A stretch of 60,952 bases of DNA from Fidelibacterota bacterium (GTDB taxonomy: Bacteria; Fidelibacterota; Marinisomatia; Marinisomatales; Marinisomataceae), in assembly GCA_045560315.1 (NCBI GenBank), contig JBJKZN010000027.1, forward strand, positions 1 to 60,952, written 5' to 3'. Numbering within the stretch: position 1 is the first letter of the stretch; every line of letters begins with the position of its first letter. Below, piece by piece: positions 1 to 9,183 of this stretch. The position numbers and the translations under genes were made by a program. The notes beneath the pieces were generated by a model that saw only the letters and a program-made list of their open reading frames with translations, was not told the DNA's origin and searched no databases.

Positions 1-2
1 TA

Positions 3-34
3 AACAAAAAACCCTAGCGGGTTATGCTAAGGTT
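3..34 (-). terminator. Rho-independent terminator candidate (minus strand)
   Basis: Read on the minus strand: AACCTTAGC-ATAACCC-GCTAGGGTT, a 9-bp stem with one G.U and a 7-nt loop, followed by TTTTGTTTA. It lies about 135 nt downstream of the acylase stop codon. Confidence 0.6.
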
Positions 35-169
35 CGTGTAGTTTTTCATATAATCCTATTATTAGGCGTCTACAGTCCCCCTGCTTCTAAAATAATAATA
101 AAAGTTGTAGTTACTTTTCATAATGAATAATGTTACGGAATAGATAGGACAGTTGGCAAGGTAAATTAA

Positions 170-2566
170 TTATTTTACAAAAATCAATCTGCGCATACTG
201 CTATCCTCTTTAATAAAAGACTCTGAAAACTTAAATGGCTTAAATTCTCCTCTATTATAAAGAGAAGTTTGATCGCTGTAATGCGGTGATTTGAATACGC
301 CAGATTGGCCTGTTGGAAGAATACTTAGGCCATTATCAAAATTAGAAAAATCAATCACTCTTCTCATTGATGATCCCGCTCGGACATCAAATGGACTACT
401 CACGGAATAACTGGCAGCTCTTGGTGTCATTCCAGATCCAGCCATTGGATAAGGACCAACACTAAAATGAATTAATTCTTTTACAAGTGGATCACTATCT
501 AATCGATGACGATAGGTTACTTGATGCACCTGACCCCATGTCAAATCTTTAGGATTGCCATAATTTTTCGTAAGAAAATCATGTGCATCATCAAAAGACT
601 GATTCACGATATCATTTAATGTTTCTTTTTTTTCTGATAGTACATTATCTATCCATAACGATGCCTCTCCATCAAAAATGCTTCGAATAGCTAATGAACG
701 GATATATTTTAAGCTATAAAACGTATCAAAAGAATCTTTCCCAAAACTTTGTAATTCATCCTGAAATAAGTTTTGTATTAAATGAATATAAATGGTGTGA
801 AAAGCTACTGCAGCATGTGAATCTAACGATTCAATTCCATCCCATCCGTTTAAAATATCATACATTTCATCTCCTTTAACAGAGAAGCCTTGTGTATAAT
901 TTTCATAGAATAATTTTGAGTATTCTTGAGCAAATGGAGAGGTAATTTCATTCAGAATAGATTTCATATCTTCTACTCCTAATTTGTCATCAATTCTTAA
1001 TCTTCTATCAATTTGTTCTCCTCTACTAGGATCTGCCCAATATCGAGAAATGTAATAAGGATAATCCTCGTCAATGGTCTTATTATTCCCATTTGATATG
1101 TATCCTTTTTCAGGATTGTACAAATATGGCATTTCATCAAAAGGGACATATCCTGTCCAATCATGCTTGCTCGTGGTCCCATCAAAAGGCACTAAATGTT
1201 CTCCGTCTAATCGGATAGGAACTTTAGAGTTAGGTCTCCATCCAATATTGCCATTTTTATCTGCATAAGTCCAATTTTGTCCAGGTGCTCCAAATAGCTT
1301 CGATGCTTCTGAAAATTCATCCCAATTGGTTGCTTTAGCTAGCTTGAATAATGCAGTCGTTTCATCAAATGCATCGAACTCTGTCCATTTAAAAGATATT
1401 GCCTTCCCTTTTCCTCTCGCATCAGGATGAATATCGCTAACAATAGGACCTCTATGGGTTGATCTAATTGTAACAGTTTTTGTGCTTCCAGACTTTAAAT
1501 GTATTACTTCTTCTTCGATTTCTAAATCTTTCCACTCTCCATCCAATAAATATTGCGTATTGTCATCATTTAGCGTTTCAATATAGAAATCCATGTCATC
1601 GGTCATGACATTGGTAAAACCCCAACCAATGTGGTCATTATGACCTATAACAGGCAATGGAAATCCATAGAGACCATACCCTCCAAAATTATAATTATCA
1701 CTCTTTAATCTGATTTCATACCACCAAGGAGGCTGTCCATAACTTAAATGAGGGTCATTTGCTAAAAGTGGGAGCCCTGTCTCTGTTTTACTTCCTGACA
1801 CTGCCCATGCATTTGATCCATAACCATCTCTATCTGTTTTAAGAACATCTCTAATTCTTTTGGTGTCGCTTGCAAAATCTTGATAACTCTTGAGCAAGAC
1901 ATCATTTGAAGCAATGGTAATAAAGTTTTCATTGTAAGATGGTAATATATCATTTAAATAATCCGGCCCTAATTGTTCGCTAATCGCACCAAAAAATAAT
2001 TCTGAATCCCATCCGCCCTGCAATTCCCATGCCATCATTGTAGATAAAGCAACGATATCTAATGGCTCAAAAGTTGGTAATTCCTCGATGCCTACCAGTT
2101 TAAACTCTAATGGATAGTCTGACGGAGATAAGGTCTCTATATAAGCATTAATACCGTAACATGTATCCTCGAGATGTTGTAATGTTTCAGTTGGAATTTT
2201 TGATAAACTCTTTTTAGCAATTTTTTCAAATCCAAGTGTACGTAAAAATTTATCTTCTGCAAACAATGTATCATTAAGCACTAAGCTTAGTTCGCCCTTA
2301 TATGCATATTTCATAAATGCCATTTGGAATAGTCGATCTCTTGCTCCTATATAACCAGCAACCTTAAACATATCAGCATCATTGGAAGCAAAAACACTCG
2401 GCACGCCATAGCTGTCGAAATACACTTCAACAGTATCTTGAACATCTAAACTAGTAATTTCTCCTTCATAGAGAATATCGGCAGGCTTTAGAAAAGAATT
2501 GACTGAAAAAACAACAAAACTAGTAATAAGAAATAATAAAATGAATATTCTAGATTGTTTCCCCAT
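170..2566 (-). CDS. Penicillin amidase / acyl-homoserine-lactone acylase family Ntn-hydrolase (peptidase S45), secreted
   Basis: 798 aa with an N-terminal signal-like hydrophobic segment. The internal GYGSNAWAVSG motif fits the autoprocessing site that exposes the nucleophilic Ser of the beta chain. Size is typical of PGA/PvdQ-like acylases. Confidence 0.85.
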   Translation of the reverse strand: MGKQSRIFILLFLITSFVVFSVNSFLKPADILYEGEITSLDVQDTVEVYFDSYGVPSVFASNDADMFKVAGYIGARDRLFQMAFMKYAYKGELSLVLNDTLFAEDKFLRTLGFEKIAKKSLSKIPTETLQHLEDTCYGINAYIETLSPSDYPLEFKLVGIEELPTFEPLDIVALSTMMAWELQGGWDSELFFGAISEQLGPDYLNDILPSYNENFITIASNDVLLKSYQDFASDTKRIRDVLKTDRDGYGSNAWAVSGSKTETGLPLLANDPHLSYGQPPWWYEIRLKSDNYNFGGYGLYGFPLPVIGHNDHIGWGFTNVMTDDMDFYIETLNDDNTQYLLDGEWKDLEIEEEVIHLKSGSTKTVTIRSTHRGPIVSDIHPDARGKGKAISFKWTEFDAFDETTALFKLAKATNWDEFSEASKLFGAPGQNWTYADKNGNIGWRPNSKVPIRLDGEHLVPFDGTTSKHDWTGYVPFDEMPYLYNPEKGYISNGNNKTIDEDYPYYISRYWADPSRGEQIDRRLRIDDKLGVEDMKSILNEITSPFAQEYSKLFYENYTQGFSVKGDEMYDILNGWDGIESLDSHAAVAFHTIYIHLIQNLFQDELQSFGKDSFDTFYSLKYIRSLAIRSIFDGEASLWIDNVLSEKKETLNDIVNQSFDDAHDFLTKNYGNPKDLTWGQVHQVTYRHRLDSDPLVKELIHFSVGPYPMAGSGMTPRAASYSVSSPFDVRAGSSMRRVIDFSNFDNGLSILPTGQSGVFKSPHYSDQTSLYNRGEFKPFKFSESFIKEDSSMRRLIFVK

Positions 2567-2581
2567 GTAAGAACTTAAATA

Positions 2582-3562
2582 TTATTCTTTGAGATATTTA
2601 GTAAAAAATTCTGCTGAAAATTGAAAGGATTGCTCACGTGCTTCAGTATTTCCTCCCATACTTGGTCCTCGACCAGCACAAGTCATTAGTGCTAACTTTT
2701 GCCTTAGAGGGGTATTAATAGGAATATTCCAATATTCACTTAATAATAATGTACCTTCCTCATTCATTGGAAAACGACAATCTCCTAATGTATACCCTTT
2801 TTCATTCACTGTGACTTCTGATACTCGATCAAACGAATGATGTGCATTTTCATAAATGGTAATATCAATATTATGTGGCAGTCCACTGGCATGTATTTTA
2901 TCTATTAATTCTGTACACGCTGCTGCAGGCACCCAATTATCTAGCTCTCCAATAAGAATATGGATAGGAGCAGTACTAAATTGCATATTCTCATTTGGGT
3001 ATGGATATGCCATACATCCTGGGTAAACAGGCAAATGAGCAGCAAACATAAATTCTCTGTTGTTAATTGCATCAATAAGAGGCAACCAAGCAGAATAAAG
3101 CGATACACCTCCTCCAAGACTCCACCCTGTAATTCCTGAGCGATCAGTATCAATGTTAGGATGGGTGCTAAGTGCTTCTAAAGCACGATAACTATCTAAA
3201 ATTACCATAGCAGTTGTTACCTCAACCTGGCTCCCTACTGTTGATTGCACATCACGGCTATCAAAACTTTGTAATTGAAAGGTTGCAAAGCCCATTTCGT
3301 GATACATTTTTAAGTATTCTAGGTGATGAGTGCCCCAATTTAAGCTTCCTGCAACTCCAATGATTAGCGGATATTTTTCATTAGGATTGTAGTTGTTTGG
3401 CAAGGTCAATATGCCAAAGACTTCCTGCACTTCTTGATTATCTAAATCCATAATAATTTCCTCAAAAGAAAAAGGGTTTGCGCTGTTGAATGTGATGGTT
3501 TCTTGGTTGGTCTCTTGTGCAATTACAAAAGATAACATAACTATAAAAATATATCGTATCAT
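2582..3562 (-). CDS. Secreted alpha/beta hydrolase (dienelactone-hydrolase-like esterase)
   Basis: 326 aa with a signal peptide. It has the nucleophile elbow GWSLGG and a C-terminal YENAHHSFD motif (His of the triad). Confidence 0.6.
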   Translation of the reverse strand: MIRYIFIVMLSFVIAQETNQETITFNSANPFSFEEIIMDLDNQEVQEVFGILTLPNNYNPNEKYPLIIGVAGSLNWGTHHLEYLKMYHEMGFATFQLQSFDSRDVQSTVGSQVEVTTAMVILDSYRALEALSTHPNIDTDRSGITGWSLGGGVSLYSAWLPLIDAINNREFMFAAHLPVYPGCMAYPYPNENMQFSTAPIHILIGELDNWVPAAACTELIDKIHASGLPHNIDITIYENAHHSFDRVSEVTVNEKGYTLGDCRFPMNEEGTLLLSEYWNIPINTPLRQKLALMTCAGRGPSMGGNTEAREQSFQFSAEFFTKYLKE

Positions 3563-4053
3563 TTTTTCTCCAAAAGTTGTAAATAAGACTTAAATAACAG
3601 TCCGCCGCCGCCGCTATATCCTACTAGTTCACCGCCACTACCTACTACTCTGTGGCAAGGGATAATAATAGGAATACGATTAGCGCCACTTGCTCTTCCA
3701 ACTGCTCTTGCTGCCTTAGGTTGATTAATTTTTTCTGCTACTTCCTTATAACTTTTTGTTTTACCGTATGGAATCTTAGAAATTTCTTCTAAAACATTCT
3801 TTGTAAAATTACTTCCATCAACATGTAATGGGATATCAAACTTTTTTAATTTTCTCTTAAAATAACTATTCAACTGATTTTGAACATCCTTTGCAAATTT
3901 AGACGATTTTCCTTTATTTATCTTCAGCGATAATTGCCGATTCATTAAATCCTTCTTTTCATCAGAAAAAGTTAATCTGTGTAACGTGTTTTCTATGTAA
4001 GATATTTTAAAATAGAAATGCAGGTGATCAACTTGAAAAATTTTATGTTGCAT
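3559..4053 (-). CDS. ogt: Methylated-DNA--protein-cysteine methyltransferase
   Basis: The active-site motif IPCHRVV is present, with a preceding YGKTKSYKEVA helix-turn-helix region. It overlaps the downstream gene by 4 nt. Confidence 0.9.
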   Translation of the reverse strand: MQHKIFQVDHLHFYFKISYIENTLHRLTFSDEKKDLMNRQLSLKINKGKSSKFAKDVQNQLNSYFKRKLKKFDIPLHVDGSNFTKNVLEEISKIPYGKTKSYKEVAEKINQPKAARAVGRASGANRIPIIIPCHRVVGSGGELVGYSGGGGLLFKSYLQLLEKK

Positions 4054-4060
4054 AAAAATG

Positions 4061-4375
4061 CTATCCTAGCTTAACGGCTGTACCGTAAATAAATATTTCC
4101 GATGCCCCTGCTTGTAGCATCGATGTGGTAAAGCGTACGCCAACAATAGCATCCGCATTCAATTCCTCGGCGCGCAATTTCATTCTATCCATCGCTTGCT
4201 CGCGCGATTCGGCCATCAACTTGGAGTATTCTGTAATTTCTCCACCCACTAGATTTCTAAATAATGCTAGAATATCTTTTCCTACATGTCTTGCTCGAAT
4301 AGATTGCCCGCTCACAACACCTAACACATTGGTTATATTCCTATTTGAAACTTTCTCTTGGGTTGTAATAATCAT
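4061..4375 (-). CDS. YbjQ/UPF0145 family protein
   Basis: 104 aa. The pattern GVVSG...R..GKDI......GGE...Y......R..A..RM...A...GADAIVGVRF is typical of the YbjQ family. Confidence 0.8.
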   Translation of the reverse strand: MIITTQEKVSNRNITNVLGVVSGQSIRARHVGKDILALFRNLVGGEITEYSKLMAESREQAMDRMKLRAEELNADAIVGVRFTTSMLQAGASEIFIYGTAVKLG

Positions 4376-4575
4376 TCATCAATCTCCTTTGAATAATAGT
4401 CATCATCTTTATTATTTAATCTCTCTTTAAGTACTTTAACAAACAAAACTAGTAATCCACTATAAATTAAAATAACAAGCAGTCCTTCAGGATAAAATTG
4501 TTCAATTTCTTTGAGGGTTAAGTAAGATCCAAGAAGATAAAATAGTCCTATAAGTATGTAACCTAATTTTTCCAT
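4372..4575 (-). CDS. Small 2-TM membrane protein, unknown function
   Basis: 67 aa with two hydrophobic helices and an acidic C-terminus. A 4-nt overlap with the YbjQ-like gene suggests translational coupling. Confidence 0.45.
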   Translation of the reverse strand: MEKLGYILIGLFYLLGSYLTLKEIEQFYPEGLLVILIYSGLLVLFVKVLKERLNNKDDDYYSKEIDE

Positions 4576-4629
4576 ATTTAACTAATTTAAGTAGTTTATT
4601 ATGAAAAAGTATAATATTATCGAATTGTC

Positions 4630-5247
4630 GTGACCAAGAAACAATTATATATCGTTATTGCAATTATGGCATGTGCTATAGGCGCCCTTTCTTATCAGTA
4701 TTATACTACACATAAAAGCCTTAAAGACTACAAAGACTACTATAAAAAAGTAGCGGTTCTTTACATTCAAGAAATTATGGAAGTACCAGAATTAAAATCG
4801 CCAGATCCTGAAAATAGGCCCATAACCACAATAGACCTGGAGACCAATATATTGCAATTTCAAGATTTAGAAGGAAATGAGTTTTCTTTAAGAGATTTTG
4901 AAGGAAAAACTCTCTTTATCAATTATTGGGCAACATGGTGTAATCCGTGTCTAGCAGAAATGCCAGCAATGGCTGAATTATATGAAGAGTTCAAAGATAA
5001 CGAAGATATTGTGTTTTTATATCTCTCAAAAGAAGACATGGATGTAATTACAGACTATATACCAAAAGATGAATCATTGCAAAAATTGCCTTTATATAAG
5101 GTTATTACCGATGATGAGCTTTTCAAAACAAGAGGGATTCCAACTACATTTATTGTTGATAAATCTGGTGAAATACTTGTCGAAGATGTGGGATCTGCTT
5201 CATGGAACGATGAAGAGGTCATTAATTATCTAAGAAGCATTATTTAG
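4630..5247 (+). CDS. TlpA/ResA-like membrane-anchored thiol:disulfide oxidoreductase
   Basis: It has an N-terminal TM anchor, the thioredoxin active site WATWCNPC, and a downstream GIPTTFIVD (cis-Pro loop). Confidence 0.8.
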   Translation: MTKKQLYIVIAIMACAIGALSYQYYTTHKSLKDYKDYYKKVAVLYIQEIMEVPELKSPDPENRPITTIDLETNILQFQDLEGNEFSLRDFEGKTLFINYWATWCNPCLAEMPAMAELYEEFKDNEDIVFLYLSKEDMDVITDYIPKDESLQKLPLYKVITDDELFKTRGIPTTFIVDKSGEILVEDVGSASWNDEEVINYLRSII

Positions 5248-5253
5248 AGTAAA

Positions 5254-6876
5254 ATGAAAAAAAATATTACTATCAATATGAAAAATGACTTTCCTTATTT
5301 TGGAAATGGTATTGATTTTAAAGAAAGTATTTTTGGATTAGAGTTTGACGCTGCTCTTATTCAGCAAACATCTGAATTAATTTGGCAACCTAATTCCACG
5401 CTCCCTTATAGCAGCCTAAAGCCTTTACCAGACCCTTTTACTAGCATTAGTGATATTGCAAGTGAAATGGCTGTTCATAATCATGGAAAAAAAGGTCTTA
5501 TTGGAAAAAAACAACTATTGGATGAAGTCTTGTTACTAGATGATAGCTTGATGGATCATTTTATAGTACATGTTAAACAACATATTGAGAAGCCTACTAA
5601 AGAATCTGCACAACTTATTGCAGATATACGATGTTGGACATCTTGGTTAGCAAATGGCATTAAAATTGAACCGCTATTTAATGGAGAAAAAAAAGCATGT
5701 TCTTTTATACCTTGGCCACTATCTGGATTATTGCTTTTATCATCAAGAATTATAGGACAACAAGCTGAATTTGAATATGCAGCAGATTACGTGTTACGAT
5801 CAGGAATATTACCAGATTATAATCTAAAAAACTTCGATAATATGAAAGATAATGTTGATTATATCAGATCAATTAAGCCTGTGGTTGCCTTTCATGATTT
5901 TGATGGCAATGAACAAGGATTTAGAATGACACATCTTGCAATGGAGCGCACATCAAAAATGATGATAGAAAATTCATTAGATGCGATTAATGGAAATAAT
6001 ATGAGTGATAATCTTGAAAAGATAGAGCTGGCTTTAAAGCAATCAAATCAGATTTTTAATTGTATGTGGGAAGTCAGTGAACCTATGCTATACAACAAAG
6101 AGGTTCGTATTTTTATTCAGGGTCTCTACGGTAATCAAGGAAGCATATATGATGATAAAGGGTTATTTTTTGAAGGATGTGGTGATACCTATAGCGATGT
6201 ACATAATAAGAAAGGTTGTTATATAGAGAATCTTCATGGACAAACAGGTGCCAATAGCTCTTATCACCCTCTGGCAGATGAAATCACAGGAGTAGGTAAG
6301 CATACGCATGCATACGTATGTGATAACAATGTAGACACATGTATTATTGAGAATATTTTAAGCAAAGGATTTTTAACTGATGATGACCTCCCGTGCGATT
6401 GTGAGATTGATTCTTTGACAAAACTTCTTAAATCATTTAGAGTAGGCTATAGACCTCCTGCTCATCATGCAATGATTGTGAAAACGAGTCAAGCCTTGCA
6501 AAATTCTTCTTATTTTAGCACTATTGAATCTGATGAAAATCTAAAAAAGCGCATGGCAAGTTGCGTGAGATGGATTATTCAACATCGTATCGATCATTAT
6601 AAAATGGTTGTAGCGTATATCTTAAGAGCGCCTGATCCATACAAACATCAAACTAAAGCTAAAGGTACGGGAGGAAGCCCTACTCCTTCATTTCTTCCAA
6701 AAATGTTCACCAATACGATTGATCGATTAGATGAGTTGGTAGGCGATGCTAATATAGCTTGGGCAGATGAAATAATTGCTATTACCGATGGACATAAAAA
6801 CTCGATGGAACAATTTAAGAAGATTGCATTGCGAGCTGAGAAAAAAGATCATCAAAAAAATCGATCTTTATCCTAA
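5254..6876 (+). CDS. Indoleamine 2,3-dioxygenase (IDO) family heme dioxygenase, divergent and enlarged
   Basis: By-eye alignment to human IDO1 motifs: VRIFIQG..GLFFEG vs LRIYLSG..GLVYEG; HGQTGANSS vs AGGSAGQSS; YRPPAHHAM vs YMPPAHRNF; RIDHYKMVVAYIL vs RSYHLQIVTKYIL (proximal His); AKGTGGS vs AKGTGGT. Confidence 0.8.
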   Translation: MKKNITINMKNDFPYFGNGIDFKESIFGLEFDAALIQQTSELIWQPNSTLPYSSLKPLPDPFTSISDIASEMAVHNHGKKGLIGKKQLLDEVLLLDDSLMDHFIVHVKQHIEKPTKESAQLIADIRCWTSWLANGIKIEPLFNGEKKACSFIPWPLSGLLLLSSRIIGQQAEFEYAADYVLRSGILPDYNLKNFDNMKDNVDYIRSIKPVVAFHDFDGNEQGFRMTHLAMERTSKMMIENSLDAINGNNMSDNLEKIELALKQSNQIFNCMWEVSEPMLYNKEVRIFIQGLYGNQGSIYDDKGLFFEGCGDTYSDVHNKKGCYIENLHGQTGANSSYHPLADEITGVGKHTHAYVCDNNVDTCIIENILSKGFLTDDDLPCDCEIDSLTKLLKSFRVGYRPPAHHAMIVKTSQALQNSSYFSTIESDENLKKRMASCVRWIIQHRIDHYKMVVAYILRAPDPYKHQTKAKGTGGSPTPSFLPKMFTNTIDRLDELVGDANIAWADEIIAITDGHKNSMEQFKKIALRAEKKDHQKNRSLS

Positions 6877-6877
6877 T

Positions 6878-9094
6878 CTAATTTTGAATATTATCAGATA
6901 AATGCTCCATTAAGAAGCTAATTATCTTTCTATATGCATGGTTATAGTTTGCCCAACCGTCAATTTTTGTCTCTTCAGAAGTTAAAAAATTATTATTACC
7001 TAAGCCATGATGAGCATTAGGATATATAAACATCTCCATATGCTTACCTTTTTCTGCATATGCTTTAGCTAATTGAAGAGAATGTTGATGATGTACATTG
7101 TCATCTGCATTACCATGTATTTGAAGTAAAAAACCTTTGGCCTTATCAACATGAGTTAATACAGATGCATTTTTATATCCTTCAGGATTTTCATCAACAA
7201 GACCCATATATCTTTCTGTCCAAATCGTATCGTATAGTAAAGGGTCTACATTTGGAGCGCCTGATACACCTGCTTTAAAATAATCACTTCCTAAAGTCAT
7301 GCACATATTTGTCAAATATCCTCCACCACTCCATCCCCATATTCCAATATTATCTCCATCAACATAGGTTAAGCTTTGTAAGTATTTAGCTGCAGCAATA
7401 TGATCAATGACAAGATATTTTCCATAATCTCCATAGGCAAAGTCTTTGAAGGCTTTTCCTCTACCTCCCGTTCCCCTATTATCAAAAGAGAAAATAATAA
7501 AACCTCTTTGCGCAAAATATTGATGAAAAGAATGTCTAGCGACTCCCCATCTATTGTTTACCATCTGCGATCCAGGTCCACCATAATTATAAAGAATAAC
7601 TGGGTACTGATTCATAGAATCAAAATTATGGGGTAATGTAATGATACCGTTTAGCCTAGTACCATCATCAGTAAATATATTTACGTGTCTAGGATATGTA
7701 AAACCATAAGCATCAAATTTACTTTTATCTGTGCTTGCTAATGTTCTTTTGATTACGCCAGAATTTGATCTTACAACTGTTTTAGGAGCTCTGGTAAAAC
7801 TAGAATGGGTATCAATAAAATAGTTTTTTGTTGGAGAGAAAGAAGCAGAATGACTTCCTTCCTCTTTTGTAAGTCTTTTTAATCTTGAACCATTAAATCT
7901 AACAGAATAAACATGATTTTCCATCTCAGACTCTTTTTTTGCATTGAAATAGATAATCTCATTTTCTTCATCAATAGCATTGATTCCATTGACTTTCCAA
8001 TTACCTCTAGTTATTTGATTAATAAATTTTCCATCAGTGCGACTTCTATAAATATGCTTAAATCCATCACGCTCAGACATCCAAATAATCTCTCCATTAT
8101 TTAGTATATCAATATTAAAAACGCCTGACATTCCAAAAAAATCGAATGCATCAATCCACGTATCGTTTTTATCATTTAATACTAATGTATTTTGATTTGT
8201 GTCAATGTCATGTCTATACAGTTTCCAATCATTTTGTTTTCTGTTTAGAGTAGTAATAAAGAAATTATTACTATTCCTTTGCCACAATATATTAGGAATG
8301 TAGTAGGAATCTTGTGGCAGAGTACGAATATCAGATTGTTGATTGACAATATCTATCAATCCAATTGAAACTTCAGGATTATCTTCTCCTGCCTTAGGAT
8401 AATATATATATTTAACTGTTGGATATTTCGTTTGATAGTCAATCAGTGGATATTTCCTTACCATAGACTGATCTTCTCTGCAATATGCTATATATTGACT
8501 ATTTGGGCTCCATCTATATGCGTCATAGCTACCAAATTCTTCCTCATAAACCCAACCAAAATGACCATTTAGAATCGTCTCACTCCCATCGAAAGTTAAT
8601 TGAGATTCTTCAAGAGTTTTTAGTGAATATATATAGAGATTATTATCGTTTCTTACATAAGATACATATTCACTGTTTGGAGAAAATTTTACATTACGCA
8701 GACTATCTGGTTGATCAGATACCGGTTGAATATTACCAGTATTAATATCATATACATGATAAGTGCCATACGATGAATGTCTCCAAATTCTAACATTATT
8801 AGTTTTAAGCAATAGTTTTGTTTGATCACTACTAAAAGTCGTACTAAATCGATCTAGCGTTTCAGGGTTAATAGAAAAAGCTTTAGTAGTATCATCCGAA
8901 GCAATATTGTATTTATAAAAATGCTTTCCCTCTGAGTCAGATTTAGAAAAGTAATAAGCATCTTCTCCATTTACCCAATCAGATCTACTAATACCTGACG
9001 AACTAAAGGTTCGATTAAAAATATCCTCTAGCTCAATTGTCTTTTCTTGAGAAATACCAAGTGTAAATAACAATGTTATTAATAAAAAATACAT
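6878..9094 (-). CDS. Dipeptidyl-peptidase IV family serine peptidase (S9B), secreted
   Basis: 738 aa with a signal peptide and a long beta-propeller-type N-terminal region. The catalytic domain has DNRGTGGRG, GIWGWSGGGY (Ser nucleophile) and HGNADDNVH. Confidence 0.85.
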   Translation of the reverse strand: MYFLLITLLFTLGISQEKTIELEDIFNRTFSSSGISRSDWVNGEDAYYFSKSDSEGKHFYKYNIASDDTTKAFSINPETLDRFSTTFSSDQTKLLLKTNNVRIWRHSSYGTYHVYDINTGNIQPVSDQPDSLRNVKFSPNSEYVSYVRNDNNLYIYSLKTLEESQLTFDGSETILNGHFGWVYEEEFGSYDAYRWSPNSQYIAYCREDQSMVRKYPLIDYQTKYPTVKYIYYPKAGEDNPEVSIGLIDIVNQQSDIRTLPQDSYYIPNILWQRNSNNFFITTLNRKQNDWKLYRHDIDTNQNTLVLNDKNDTWIDAFDFFGMSGVFNIDILNNGEIIWMSERDGFKHIYRSRTDGKFINQITRGNWKVNGINAIDEENEIIYFNAKKESEMENHVYSVRFNGSRLKRLTKEEGSHSASFSPTKNYFIDTHSSFTRAPKTVVRSNSGVIKRTLASTDKSKFDAYGFTYPRHVNIFTDDGTRLNGIITLPHNFDSMNQYPVILYNYGGPGSQMVNNRWGVARHSFHQYFAQRGFIIFSFDNRGTGGRGKAFKDFAYGDYGKYLVIDHIAAAKYLQSLTYVDGDNIGIWGWSGGGYLTNMCMTLGSDYFKAGVSGAPNVDPLLYDTIWTERYMGLVDENPEGYKNASVLTHVDKAKGFLLQIHGNADDNVHHQHSLQLAKAYAEKGKHMEMFIYPNAHHGLGNNNFLTSEETKIDGWANYNHAYRKIISFLMEHLSDNIQN

Positions 9095-9183
9095 GAAACA
9101 ATAATAGCGAGTTTTTGAAAGAAAATCACGTAAATACTTTATGTAAATAGTTTTGCTTTAGCATTCATGCTTATATAAATTCC

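Noticed and set aside
6301-6320. A repetitive, semi-palindromic string CATACGCATGCATACGTATG.
   Set aside because: It lies inside the IDO-like coding sequence (encoding HTHAYV). It is short and imperfect, and I found no second copy.
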